The notes under the pieces: generated by a model
Databases searched by the model: none
What the model was told of the DNA's origin: nothing
What the model saw: only the letters and a program-made list of their open reading frames with translations
Translations under genes and position numbers: made by a program
Part shown: positions 8,346-15,329 of the stretch, in pieces
Position numbering within the stretch: position 1 is the stretch's first letter
How the letters are laid out: the number at the start of each line of letters is the position of its first letter
Origin: Candidatus Saccharimonadota bacterium
Lineage (GTDB): Archaea > Nanohalarchaeota > Nanosalinia > Nanosalinales > Nanosalinaceae
Reading direction: 5' to 3'
Assembly (NCBI RefSeq): GCF_047555085.1
Contig: NZ_CP180230.1
Coordinates: 300,001-332,000, forward strand
Length of the DNA: 32,000 nucleotides

Positions 8346-8876
8346 CTATATTTTGCATGTATCAGGATCCCCGTTACGGACTATCAGCGCCGCCAGGATG
8401 GATATGCCGGCTAGACGAAATATGTTGCCTCCGAAAGGCATAGAGGCCAGTACTCCTCCGAAGCCGAGGAGGCTTAATACTCCCAGTCCGCATGATGCGC
8501 ATCCACCTGCCAAGAATCCCGGTAAAGCACCAAGACTGCTCAGATCCATCCTGTTCATACGTAACTGGATGACTGTATTCGTCATCGTTACGCCGACCAT
8601 GAAAGCGAATACAAGAGTCAGGAAGAGGCCTGTGTATCCTGATTCCATAAATATGCCGGAAAGACGTGTGATGAATGCTATCGGCCAGTGCTGTAGGCCT
8701 GAACTCAGCATCTGGAAGGAGTAGACAGGCCTTGTGGAGAAGATCACCAGTGAAAAAGTTATTACTGTCCCCAGCAACGTACCTGTAGCTCTGGATCTGC
8801 TGGAGACTGCGCCTTTGATTCCCTGGAAGAATTCCTGTTTCCAGGCCTTGGGACTGATTTTTACTTCAACTGTCAC
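8346..8876 (-). CDS. Membrane protein with an intramembrane CxxC (GGCASCGLG), paralogous to the downstream gene
   Basis: 176 aa with multiple TM helices. The GTG start lies 6 nt after the DsbA-like stop. It carries the motif LGALPGFLAGGCASCGLGVLSLLGF. Confidence 0.6.
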   Translation of the reverse strand: MTVEVKISPKAWKQEFFQGIKGAVSSRSRATGTLLGTVITFSLVIFSTRPVYSFQMLSSGLQHWPIAFITRLSGIFMESGYTGLFLTLVFAFMVGVTMTNTVIQLRMNRMDLSSLGALPGFLAGGCASCGLGVLSLLGFGGVLASMPFGGNIFRLAGISILAALIVRNGDPDTCKI

Positions 8877-8882
8877 AGGTCT

Positions 8883-9701
8883 TCACTGGCTTTTTATCGT
8901 GTTGATTGCCTGTTCGAATCTTGAGATCGGCTGTGCTCCTGATATCTCGACGAAGCCTGTCTCTTTGTTCCCTACGAAGAATGCAGGGGTTCCCAGCCTT
9001 CCAAGATTTCTGAGTGCGTTGCTTTTGTCCTGATCTGCCTCGGAGTTGTTCGAGTTCTGGTAACACTCCATAACTTTGTCGGTGTCAAGGCCTAGATCAT
9101 CGGAAATACCTCTGAACGTCTCTTCTGGCCCCGGACTGCCTCCCTGCATCCAGCTGTCTCTTCTCTCGAAGATTTCATCGTGGAAGTCCCAGTAACTTTC
9201 TTCCTCGTTCTCGTAGACACAGTTCGCCACTTTATGAGCCTCAGGCCCGTTAGGATGAAGATTTGGAACAGGATAATCCTTCATGATGAACTCTACTTCA
9301 CCGGTATCCACGTACTGGTTTTTGAGAGAGTCACCGATATTCATCTGATCTATAGGAATCCTTCCGGAAGCATCAATGCCCTGCCATTCCGCACAGAAAG
9401 GACATCCAAAGTCTGTGTACTCCACTACCTTTATCGGAGCATCACTTTCCCCCATACTTGGCTCGCCTTCAAGCTCGATACCGTCAAGACTCACTAACTC
9501 AGTGCCTGAATCATCTGAACTATCTGAACCGTCACCGGAGTTAGTATTCTGTGAGTCAGGAGAATCCTGGGCATCAGAAGTGCTTAGAGCAGTTCCGGCA
9601 GCCAGGCCTCCAAGCCCTCCGATCAAAAGTCCAAGTACAAGAGAAGCCACAGCCGCCTGCTTCACAGTGAACTCCAGCTTCAGGCCTTCAGAATCACTCA
9701 T
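8883..9701 (-). CDS. Membrane-anchored DsbA/thioredoxin-fold thiol:disulfide oxidoreductase
   Basis: It has an N-terminal TM anchor (AAVASLVLGLLIGGLGGLAAG), then a D/S-rich linker, then a Trx fold with FGCPFCAEW (CPFC) and a GTPAFFV cis-Pro-type block. Confidence 0.75.
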   Translation of the reverse strand: MSDSEGLKLEFTVKQAAVASLVLGLLIGGLGGLAAGTALSTSDAQDSPDSQNTNSGDGSDSSDDSGTELVSLDGIELEGEPSMGESDAPIKVVEYTDFGCPFCAEWQGIDASGRIPIDQMNIGDSLKNQYVDTGEVEFIMKDYPVPNLHPNGPEAHKVANCVYENEEESYWDFHDEIFERRDSWMQGGSPGPEETFRGISDDLGLDTDKVMECYQNSNNSEADQDKSNALRNLGRLGTPAFFVGNKETGFVEISGAQPISRFEQAINTIKSQ

Positions 9702-9853
9702 TGAGATCCCTCTTGAAGGCCTGTTCTCTGATTTTGGAAAAGTAGTGCAGGTGAATTCTCAAGAACATTTGATTTCATATAGATACAAGGTATCCATACG
9801 ATATTAAAGGCCTGAGTGTAATCTCTGAAACATGGTTTCGAGGTCGATACCAC

Positions 9854-10228
9854 ATGTCTGAAAAGGAGGATAAGATTCCGGTATGGTGTAAAAGCGAGGA
9901 CTGGTGTGCACTGAAATCTACTTCAAAGATTCTGGGTCATAAATGGGTGCCGGTCATCACTTATCACATCCACGACAACACTCCAGCAAGATTTTCCGAG
10001 ATAAAACAGGAGATAGGTGATATAACGAATAAGACTCTGAGCAATAACCTGGACAGGATGGAGGAACAGGGCGTAGTGGACAGAAAAGTTGAGAAAGAAA
10101 AACCTGTCAAGATAACTTATGAGCTTACTGATTTTGGCGAAAGCCTGATCCCGCTTGTTGAAGACATGATTTCATGGGGACAGGAAAATCTGAGGGAGGG
10201 AGAAAAGGAAGAGGCCTGGATAACTTGA
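9854..10228 (+). CDS. HxlR-family winged-helix transcriptional regulator
   Basis: The stretch CALKSTSKILGHKWVPVITYHI...RFSEIKQEIGDITNKTLSNNLDRMEEQGVVDRKV...ITYELTDFG is the typical HxlR/DUF24 layout. Confidence 0.8.
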   Translation: MSEKEDKIPVWCKSEDWCALKSTSKILGHKWVPVITYHIHDNTPARFSEIKQEIGDITNKTLSNNLDRMEEQGVVDRKVEKEKPVKITYELTDFGESLIPLVEDMISWGQENLREGEKEEAWIT

Positions 10229-10273
10229 CCGCTATACAGTATATTTTTACGCAGTGAGGCCTAAATTTTTTCT

Positions 10274-10498
10274 ATGGAAGAAAATGTAGGAGATACGGAC
10301 AGGATTGTAAGGATCGTGCTTGGAGCAGTAGCCGGATTACTATCACTTGGTACGCTGGCTGATGTACTGCCTTCCAGTCTGGCGTTGCCTGAGATCGCAT
10401 CGCCGATCCTTGGAGTCCTAGCGATCGCACTGCTGGGAACAGCATTCACAAGCAAGTGCGGGCTATACTCTGCACTAGGCCTCAATACCAAAGAATAG
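10274..10498 (+). CDS. DUF2892 / YgaP-like small membrane protein
   Basis: 74 aa. It has an N-terminal D-R-I-V-R-I-V-L-G stretch, two TM helices, and a C-terminal conserved Cys context (FTSKCGLYSALGLNT). Confidence 0.5.
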   Translation: MEENVGDTDRIVRIVLGAVAGLLSLGTLADVLPSSLALPEIASPILGVLAIALLGTAFTSKCGLYSALGLNTKE

Positions 10499-10575
10499 GC
10501 CTCCACAATTTCTTTTTTCCAATTTTTTGAGAAAATATCGATCAAAAAGAAGAAATTCGGGATTTTTCCAGCTTT

Positions 10576-10830
10576 TTAGTTGATTTCCAGGCCTTCGTTC
10601 TGACTGTCTTTCGCCCACTCCACTTCGATCTCGATCGAGATATCTCCATCTGATTCTTCTTCGACTTCTATCTCGAACTCTACACGTTCAGAAGGCGTTA
10701 ACTCGATACTATCTTCTCCGGCCTTGAGTTCAACTTTGCCGTCTCCGATCTTGTCCGCCAGTTCATGGATTTTCTCCGCTGCCTCCTCTCTTCCCATCAT
10801 ACTTTCCGTACGCAGAAGTTTTCGTGACAT
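10576..10830 (-). CDS. Amphi-Trp-domain-like small acidic protein
   Basis: 84 aa. The pattern REEAAEKIHELADKI...GKVELKAG...IELTP...VEFEIEVEEE...ISIEIEVEW resembles the amphi-Trp domain. Recognised by eye only. Confidence 0.45.
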   Translation of the reverse strand: MSRKLLRTESMMGREEAAEKIHELADKIGDGKVELKAGEDSIELTPSERVEFEIEVEEESDGDISIEIEVEWAKDSQNEGLEIN

Positions 10831-10913
10831 AATCCAAATAGAGCCCTCAAGAGACTTATCTCTTTCGATCAGAGGCCTTATTTGAGAAAAAAGAGAAAAA
10901 GAAGAGAGAATTT

Positions 10914-11099
10914 TTATCCTGAAAGGAATCTATCGTAGAATTTTTCAGGAGGGCAGAACCCTGTAAAGGAACTCTGTAAGAGATTGAGGCCTGCGAACAG
11001 CGTTATCAGGTAGAAGTATTCATGGATGAGCCATCCCCCCATAAAAGCTGCTGTTATCACGAGGCCTGCGAATCTGCGTACGAACTGTTTCTTCTTCAC
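10914..11099 (-). CDS. DUF2892 / YgaP-like small membrane protein
   Basis: 61 aa. The stretch GLNLLQSSFTGFCPPEKFY matches the DUF2892 N-x-x-Q-x-x-x-T-G-x-C-P signature. Its GTG start overlaps the upstream stop (GTGA). Confidence 0.5.
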   Translation of the reverse strand: MKKKQFVRRFAGLVITAAFMGGWLIHEYFYLITLFAGLNLLQSSFTGFCPPEKFYDRFLSG

Positions 11100-12394
11100 T
11101 CGAGATCACCTCCGTCTTCTTTTCCTTCAGATTTTCCGGATCTGTAACGGTAGAGGAATGTGCTTATGAGGATTAAGGCTGCGAGGCCTCCGATGTAGAT
11201 CAGTGGGGACTGTGTTCTTCCTTTTAATTCCACTTCCGTCTGCTCTGTGAAGGTGTATACTGAATGATCGCCTTCCTCACTGTCTCCGTTCGCACGGAAC
11301 TGTAACTTGATGTTGTGGGTCTTCAGGGCTGCAGCTCTGTCAGATGAGATAGTCATCACTGCTTCGCCTGTTTCACCTGATTCTATCTCGCCTATGTAGT
11401 TCGAGCGATCCTCCAGCGTGAATGGCTGAGTTCTCTCTGCGAGTACACGGGCTGTCACCGATTCTGCGTCCTGCTCCCCGTTGTTTTCCACGGCGATCCT
11501 GAGCTCTGATGTCGCTCCAGCCTTCATCTCCATGTCTGAGTTAACGATCTCAAGATCAGGCCTCCCCTCAACTCTAAGCGGTATATCCATGTCTTCCGTG
11601 TAACTGTTCCCGGATTCGTCCTCGTAAGTCCCAGAAAGAGTTACAGTATGGAGACCTGGCTCTATATCCTCCTCAAGATTAAAGGAGACTGTTTTCCCTA
11701 CTGAATCTCCCTCTACAAGCTTGTTGATGTAGAATTTTTCATCGCTGGAGTAAGAAGGCTGTATGCCTTCAGGAGCCGAAGGCCTGATATCGATATCCTC
11801 TAAAGGCTTGTTCCCAGTGTTCGTGAATCTTACACGGGTTTCAACGTAGTCATCTCCAGGCCTTGGAACAGAAGGTTCTGTCGAGACGACGTTGCTGGAG
11901 AGATCGACTCCTTCATTGTCTACAGGCATAGAGAAATCCCTGATAACTGTGAAGTTGTACTCTCCTGTTTCCGTCTGAATCTCAACAGGTTCACCGTCCT
12001 CAAGATACCGGATATGTAGCTCGAAGTCGTACATTCCTGTAGGTGCGCCTGAATCCACTTTGACCTGGTAGCGCTGGTTCCATACGCCGTTCGGATACAG
12101 GAAGCCTAATGACTGATCTCTATCGTCCTCTATAGTGACGTACTCTCTGGTTAAACGGTTCCCCGGCTTCAGCACGACTTCAAGTTTCTTGTCTTCATCC
12201 CATGTTCTGTCGGGGAAATCTGCCTCGTGCATATTAGCAGAGATATTTACTCTGTCGCCTGCCGATATGAAGCCTGGATCAAAACTTACGCCGTCAAGTT
12301 TAGGCGCAGATGAGGCTGCACCTATCGAAACTGCAAGGATTGAAATAGCTAATGCGAATTTAAACGTCGTTGAATGTGTTGTTGTTCGTTTCAT
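11096..12394 (-). CDS. Secreted surface protein with a C-terminal TM anchor (COG1361-like, S-layer-domain type)
   Basis: The ATG at 12394 gives the signal peptide MKRTTTHSTTFKFALAISILAVSIGAASS. The body is beta-rich and repetitive, and the C-terminus has a TM helix (LIYIGGLAALILISTFLY) and a charged tail. It lies directly downstream of the RND-type exporter genes, a pairing common in archaea. Confidence 0.5.
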   Translation of the reverse strand: MKRTTTHSTTFKFALAISILAVSIGAASSAPKLDGVSFDPGFISAGDRVNISANMHEADFPDRTWDEDKKLEVVLKPGNRLTREYVTIEDDRDQSLGFLYPNGVWNQRYQVKVDSGAPTGMYDFELHIRYLEDGEPVEIQTETGEYNFTVIRDFSMPVDNEGVDLSSNVVSTEPSVPRPGDDYVETRVRFTNTGNKPLEDIDIRPSAPEGIQPSYSSDEKFYINKLVEGDSVGKTVSFNLEEDIEPGLHTVTLSGTYEDESGNSYTEDMDIPLRVEGRPDLEIVNSDMEMKAGATSELRIAVENNGEQDAESVTARVLAERTQPFTLEDRSNYIGEIESGETGEAVMTISSDRAAALKTHNIKLQFRANGDSEEGDHSVYTFTEQTEVELKGRTQSPLIYIGGLAALILISTFLYRYRSGKSEGKEDGGDLE

Positions 12395-12404
12395 AGTATC
12401 ATTT

Positions 12405-13514
12405 TTATACAATTGATTCTTTGCCATCGAAGATGATTATCAGGGTTGGAAGCAGGAACACTGCGCCGATATAGGCCGATATAATCCCTGTAAACAGGAA
12501 GATTCCAAGTGCGTGCATACCTGTGAGATTGGCGGCGAGTAAGGCAAGAAATCCGACGCCTGTAGTCATTGAACCGCCCAGGAGGCCTCTTGAAAGCTCT
12601 GTCATTGTCTCGGAGAGGCCTTCTGCTCCCCTTCTCGTGTTGAAGTATTTTTTCGTGACGTGGATCCCGAAATCGATGCCGAGGCCCATTATCATCGCAG
12701 CAGACACCATCGAAATTATCGTGAGGTTTGCTCCAAGGTAGCCTCCGAGGCCCAGCATCCATACAAGGCCGAACATAACAGGTACGATAGGATACATCAT
12801 CCTCTTGATGTCACGGAACACCAGGAAGAGTACGCCGAGAACTGCCGCGAAAGAGACAGCTGTTATCGTCATGAAATCTGAGATAATCACCTGGAAAGTC
12901 GCCAGATCGATCATATTGTATCCTGTCAGATAGTAGTCCTCCGTTGTCTCTGCCTGTACTGTTGTGTGTATGTCGTTGTACAGTTCCCGTATCTCATCTG
13001 AGTTCGCCTGTGTATCAGATCTTACGGCTATGAGGCCTGTCCTGTAGTTCTCAGACACTGTGCTCCTGTAGTTGAACTCCTCTAATCTGTCTCTGTCATC
13101 CGGTATCTGTCCGTATCTCTGGATCAGCATCGAGGCCGGTGACTCTGTCGAATGCACGTTTTCAGATCTCTGAACTCTGTTCTCTATACGATGCATTTCC
13201 TCCAGTAGCTCAGTATTTCTTATGTCTCGATCGGCCTCGAAAACGATGTACGTGGTATCGCCCGAGAACTTCGCCCTCAAGGTGTCAAGTGATTCAACAG
13301 TGGAATCGTCCTCTGGCAGGATGGCCTCTGTACTCGGCTTGACCTCAAGATTTAGAGCGCCGGGAAGTACAACTGCTGTAAGCAGACCCATAATGATCAG
13401 AACTTTCTTTGGATCTTCAACTTGGTATCCAACCAGTCTGGATGCAAGCTCCTCGATTATCACGCTATTAACCTCCGGGCCATCAGAAGTCGTGCCTCCA
13501 GTTGATCGATTCAT
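12405..13514 (-). CDS. RND/MMPL-superfamily exporter, C-terminal half (extracytoplasmic domain plus about 6 TM)
   Basis: It has a TM helix, then a soluble domain, then a TM bundle with GLGIDFGIH, the counterpart of GIGIDYSVH in the upstream half. The likely ATG at 13514 (MNRSTGG...) overlaps the upstream ORF by 32 nt in a different frame. Confidence 0.7.
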   Translation of the reverse strand: MNRSTGGTTSDGPEVNSVIIEELASRLVGYQVEDPKKVLIIMGLLTAVVLPGALNLEVKPSTEAILPEDDSTVESLDTLRAKFSGDTTYIVFEADRDIRNTELLEEMHRIENRVQRSENVHSTESPASMLIQRYGQIPDDRDRLEEFNYRSTVSENYRTGLIAVRSDTQANSDEIRELYNDIHTTVQAETTEDYYLTGYNMIDLATFQVIISDFMTITAVSFAAVLGVLFLVFRDIKRMMYPIVPVMFGLVWMLGLGGYLGANLTIISMVSAAMIMGLGIDFGIHVTKKYFNTRRGAEGLSETMTELSRGLLGGSMTTGVGFLALLAANLTGMHALGIFLFTGIISAYIGAVFLLPTLIIIFDGKESIV

Positions 13515-14550
13515 GGATTTTCTGCATAGTTTTCTCCTCAAGGACAAAAACGCTCGGAAGCAAAAAGAAACTGAAAAGCAAAGCATAGCCTATACCTATC
13601 GACATTATAAGGCCGAAACGATGCATCTCAGGCATCATACCGGAAAGAAACGCCATAAAAGCGCTGATAGTAGTTACAGAAGTTGCTATGATCGCAACAC
13701 CTGTCTCACCGACTGCCTCAGACAGGGCCTCTCCGATAGTATTTTCTCTGCGGTGGAACCTGTAAGTATTCAGTATATGCACGGAGTAATCGATCCCGAT
13801 TCCTATAACGAGAGCTGCAACGCTTCCGGCCAGTGTAGAAAGCGGGATGCCCAGATAGCCCATCGTTCCGTAAAGCCAGACTACTGAAAGGCCTACAACG
13901 ATCAGAGGCATCAATGCAGATGAGAAACTTCCCTGGAAAAGCCCAAGAGTTATCAGGAAAACAAGACCTAGCGAAATCATAGTTGTAACATTTTTATCGC
14001 GGGAAACCATGGAAGAAAGGCGCTGCTGGACTGCAGGAACTCCCGAGATCTCCGTCTCTACCCCTTCAGGCCTCTCGAAACCTGCCTCTGTCTGTATCTC
14101 ATTGAATATCCTGTCCATCTCGCCTCCGGAGTCTCCGACAAACGTGTACGCCGTTATGACTGCGTTCTGATTTCTTTCGTCCACGAGGCCTTCTCTCTGG
14201 AGTGGAGACATCACCTGCGTCACTCCGTGTATCGACCTGATATCATTCGAAAGATCTTCGATGTAGGCCTCTGTCCTGTTATCGTGGATTGACTGGACGC
14301 CTTCCTCTGTACGGCCCGTGGAAATCTTCACGGCTATGGAATCTTTCCCGAGGCCTTCAGCTCTCAGGTCGTTGAATCCCTCGACAGGAGTCGAAGATGA
14401 AGGCATCATGTTTTCAAGAGCTACAATAGTCTCAACTCTCGCCATCCCCGGTATCATCGCAACAGATAGGAAAAGAAACAGCAGAACAACTTCTACGGCA
14501 TGATCTTCCTGGAATTCTGTGAGTTTCTCCAGCCATTTACTCTGTTGCAT
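13483..14550 (-). CDS. RND/MMPL-superfamily exporter, N-terminal half
   Basis: 355 aa with the same architecture as the downstream half. The GIGIDYSVHILN block is typical of COG1033-type exporters, which are normally one polypeptide of about 700-800 aa. Confidence 0.7.
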   Translation of the reverse strand: MQQSKWLEKLTEFQEDHAVEVVLLFLFLSVAMIPGMARVETIVALENMMPSSSTPVEGFNDLRAEGLGKDSIAVKISTGRTEEGVQSIHDNRTEAYIEDLSNDIRSIHGVTQVMSPLQREGLVDERNQNAVITAYTFVGDSGGEMDRIFNEIQTEAGFERPEGVETEISGVPAVQQRLSSMVSRDKNVTTMISLGLVFLITLGLFQGSFSSALMPLIVVGLSVVWLYGTMGYLGIPLSTLAGSVAALVIGIGIDYSVHILNTYRFHRRENTIGEALSEAVGETGVAIIATSVTTISAFMAFLSGMMPEMHRFGLIMSIGIGYALLFSFFLLPSVFVLEEKTMQKIHESINWRHDF

Positions 14551-14552
14551 TT

Positions 14553-14575
14553 AGTTCAACTTTATTACACAAACT
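14553..14575. promoter_or_regulatory. 23-nt operator-like element, copy 1 (AGTTCAACTTTATTACACAAACT), between the RND exporter start and the HTH regulator gene
   Basis: It is 21/23 identical to 15012-15034. It lies 2 nt from the exporter ATG (14550, minus strand), between that ATG and an AT-rich TATA-like run at about 14576-14590. Confidence 0.6.
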
Positions 14576-14628
14576 TTTTATTTTGTTTTATCCGAGAAGT
14601 TTTACATCTTGCCGTGAAAAGAAATATC

Positions 14629-14958
14629 ATGGAGTGCCCGACAGAGATCAAGCAACTTCTGAAAGTCCTGTACAATCTATCCAGCTCTGAAACAGAGGTA
14701 CTTTACTTCCTGTGTGATGCGGAGGCAAGGGCCTCAGAGATAGCTGAAAAACTTGGGAAGGATCGCTCCACAGTCCAGAGATATCTCTCCAAGCTCAGGA
14801 CTACAGGCCTCGTTGAACGCGAAAGCAAAGTAGAGGAGGGAAAAAGAGGCCGCTACTACGTCTATTCGGTGCCGGACAAGGACAAGATGAAGCACAAGAT
14901 CAGAGAAAGAATGGACGAATGGGAGGATGAAAAACTCCAGGTACTGGACGAAATATAG
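14629..14958 (+). CDS. Small winged-helix HTH transcriptional regulator (TrmB/ArsR/MarR-like)
   Basis: The stretch LSSSETEVLYFLCDAEARASEIAEKLGKDRSTVQRYLSKLRTTGLVERE...RYYVYS is an HTH plus wing. The ATG at 14629 is preferred over the ORF-track start at 14500, which overlaps the divergent gene. Confidence 0.7.
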   Translation: MECPTEIKQLLKVLYNLSSSETEVLYFLCDAEARASEIAEKLGKDRSTVQRYLSKLRTTGLVERESKVEEGKRGRYYVYSVPDKDKMKHKIRERMDEWEDEKLQVLDEI

Positions 14959-15011
14959 GCCTCCGGGAAATATGGCCGGGATTACTTATCCGACACCATA
15001 AAGTGTTTAAG

Positions 15012-15034
15012 AGTTCAACTTCTTTACACAAACT
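15012..15034 (+). promoter_or_regulatory. 23-nt operator-like element, copy 2 (AGTTCAACTTCTTTACACAAACT), immediately upstream of the glutaredoxin ATG
   Basis: It is 21/23 identical to 14553-14575. It ends at position -1 relative to the ATG at 15035 and sits downstream of the TATA-like GTGTTTAAG at about 15003-15011. Confidence 0.6.
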
Positions 15035-15274
15035 ATGTCAGATCAAATCGAAGTATTCGCGACACCGACATGTCCTTACTGTATCAAACTCAAGGAGTGG
15101 CTGGATGAAAAAGGATACAGCTACGAGGAATACAATGTAGGCAACGACAGAGATGCAGCCAAGAGGATGATAGAGAGAACAGGCCAGAGAGGAGTCCCTC
15201 AGACATTCATAGGAGATAAAGAGATCATAGGATTCCAGCCTGAGAAAGTTGAGGAAGCAATAGAAGAGGCCTGA
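15035..15274 (+). CDS. Glutaredoxin-like protein (CPYC active site)
   Basis: 79 aa with VFATPTCPYCIKLKEWL and GVPQTFIGDKEIIGF, which are glutaredoxin/NrdH-fold hallmarks. Confidence 0.85.
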   Translation: MSDQIEVFATPTCPYCIKLKEWLDEKGYSYEEYNVGNDRDAAKRMIERTGQRGVPQTFIGDKEIIGFQPEKVEEAIEEA

Positions 15275-15287
15275 CTCTGAGGCCTCT
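15265..15287 (+). terminator. Hairpin made from two AGGCCT copies (AGAGGCCT-gactctg-AGGCCTCT) followed by a T-rich tract, at the 3' end of the glutaredoxin gene
   Basis: It has a perfect 8-bp stem and a 7-nt loop. The stop codon at 15272-15274 is the last base of the 5' stem arm plus the first two loop bases. The downstream sequence is CCATTTATTTTAT. Confidence 0.45.
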
Positions 15288-15296
15288 GTCCCATTT

Positions 15297-15306
15297 ATTT
15301 TATAGA
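15297..15306 (+). promoter_or_regulatory. TATA-like box upstream of gltX
   Basis: The run TTTATTTTATAGAAA is centred about 28 nt upstream of the ATG at 15330. This implies a leaderless or near-leaderless mRNA. Confidence 0.5.
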
Positions 15307-15329
15307 AATTTTCTACCAAACAGTATTTC

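Noticed and set aside
14500-14628. The ORF-track N-terminal extension of the HTH regulator, which starts at 14500.
   Set aside because: The extension overlaps the divergent exporter start and the promoter/operator DNA, and it encodes an F/L-rich peptide. The ATG at 14629 gives a regulator of normal length.
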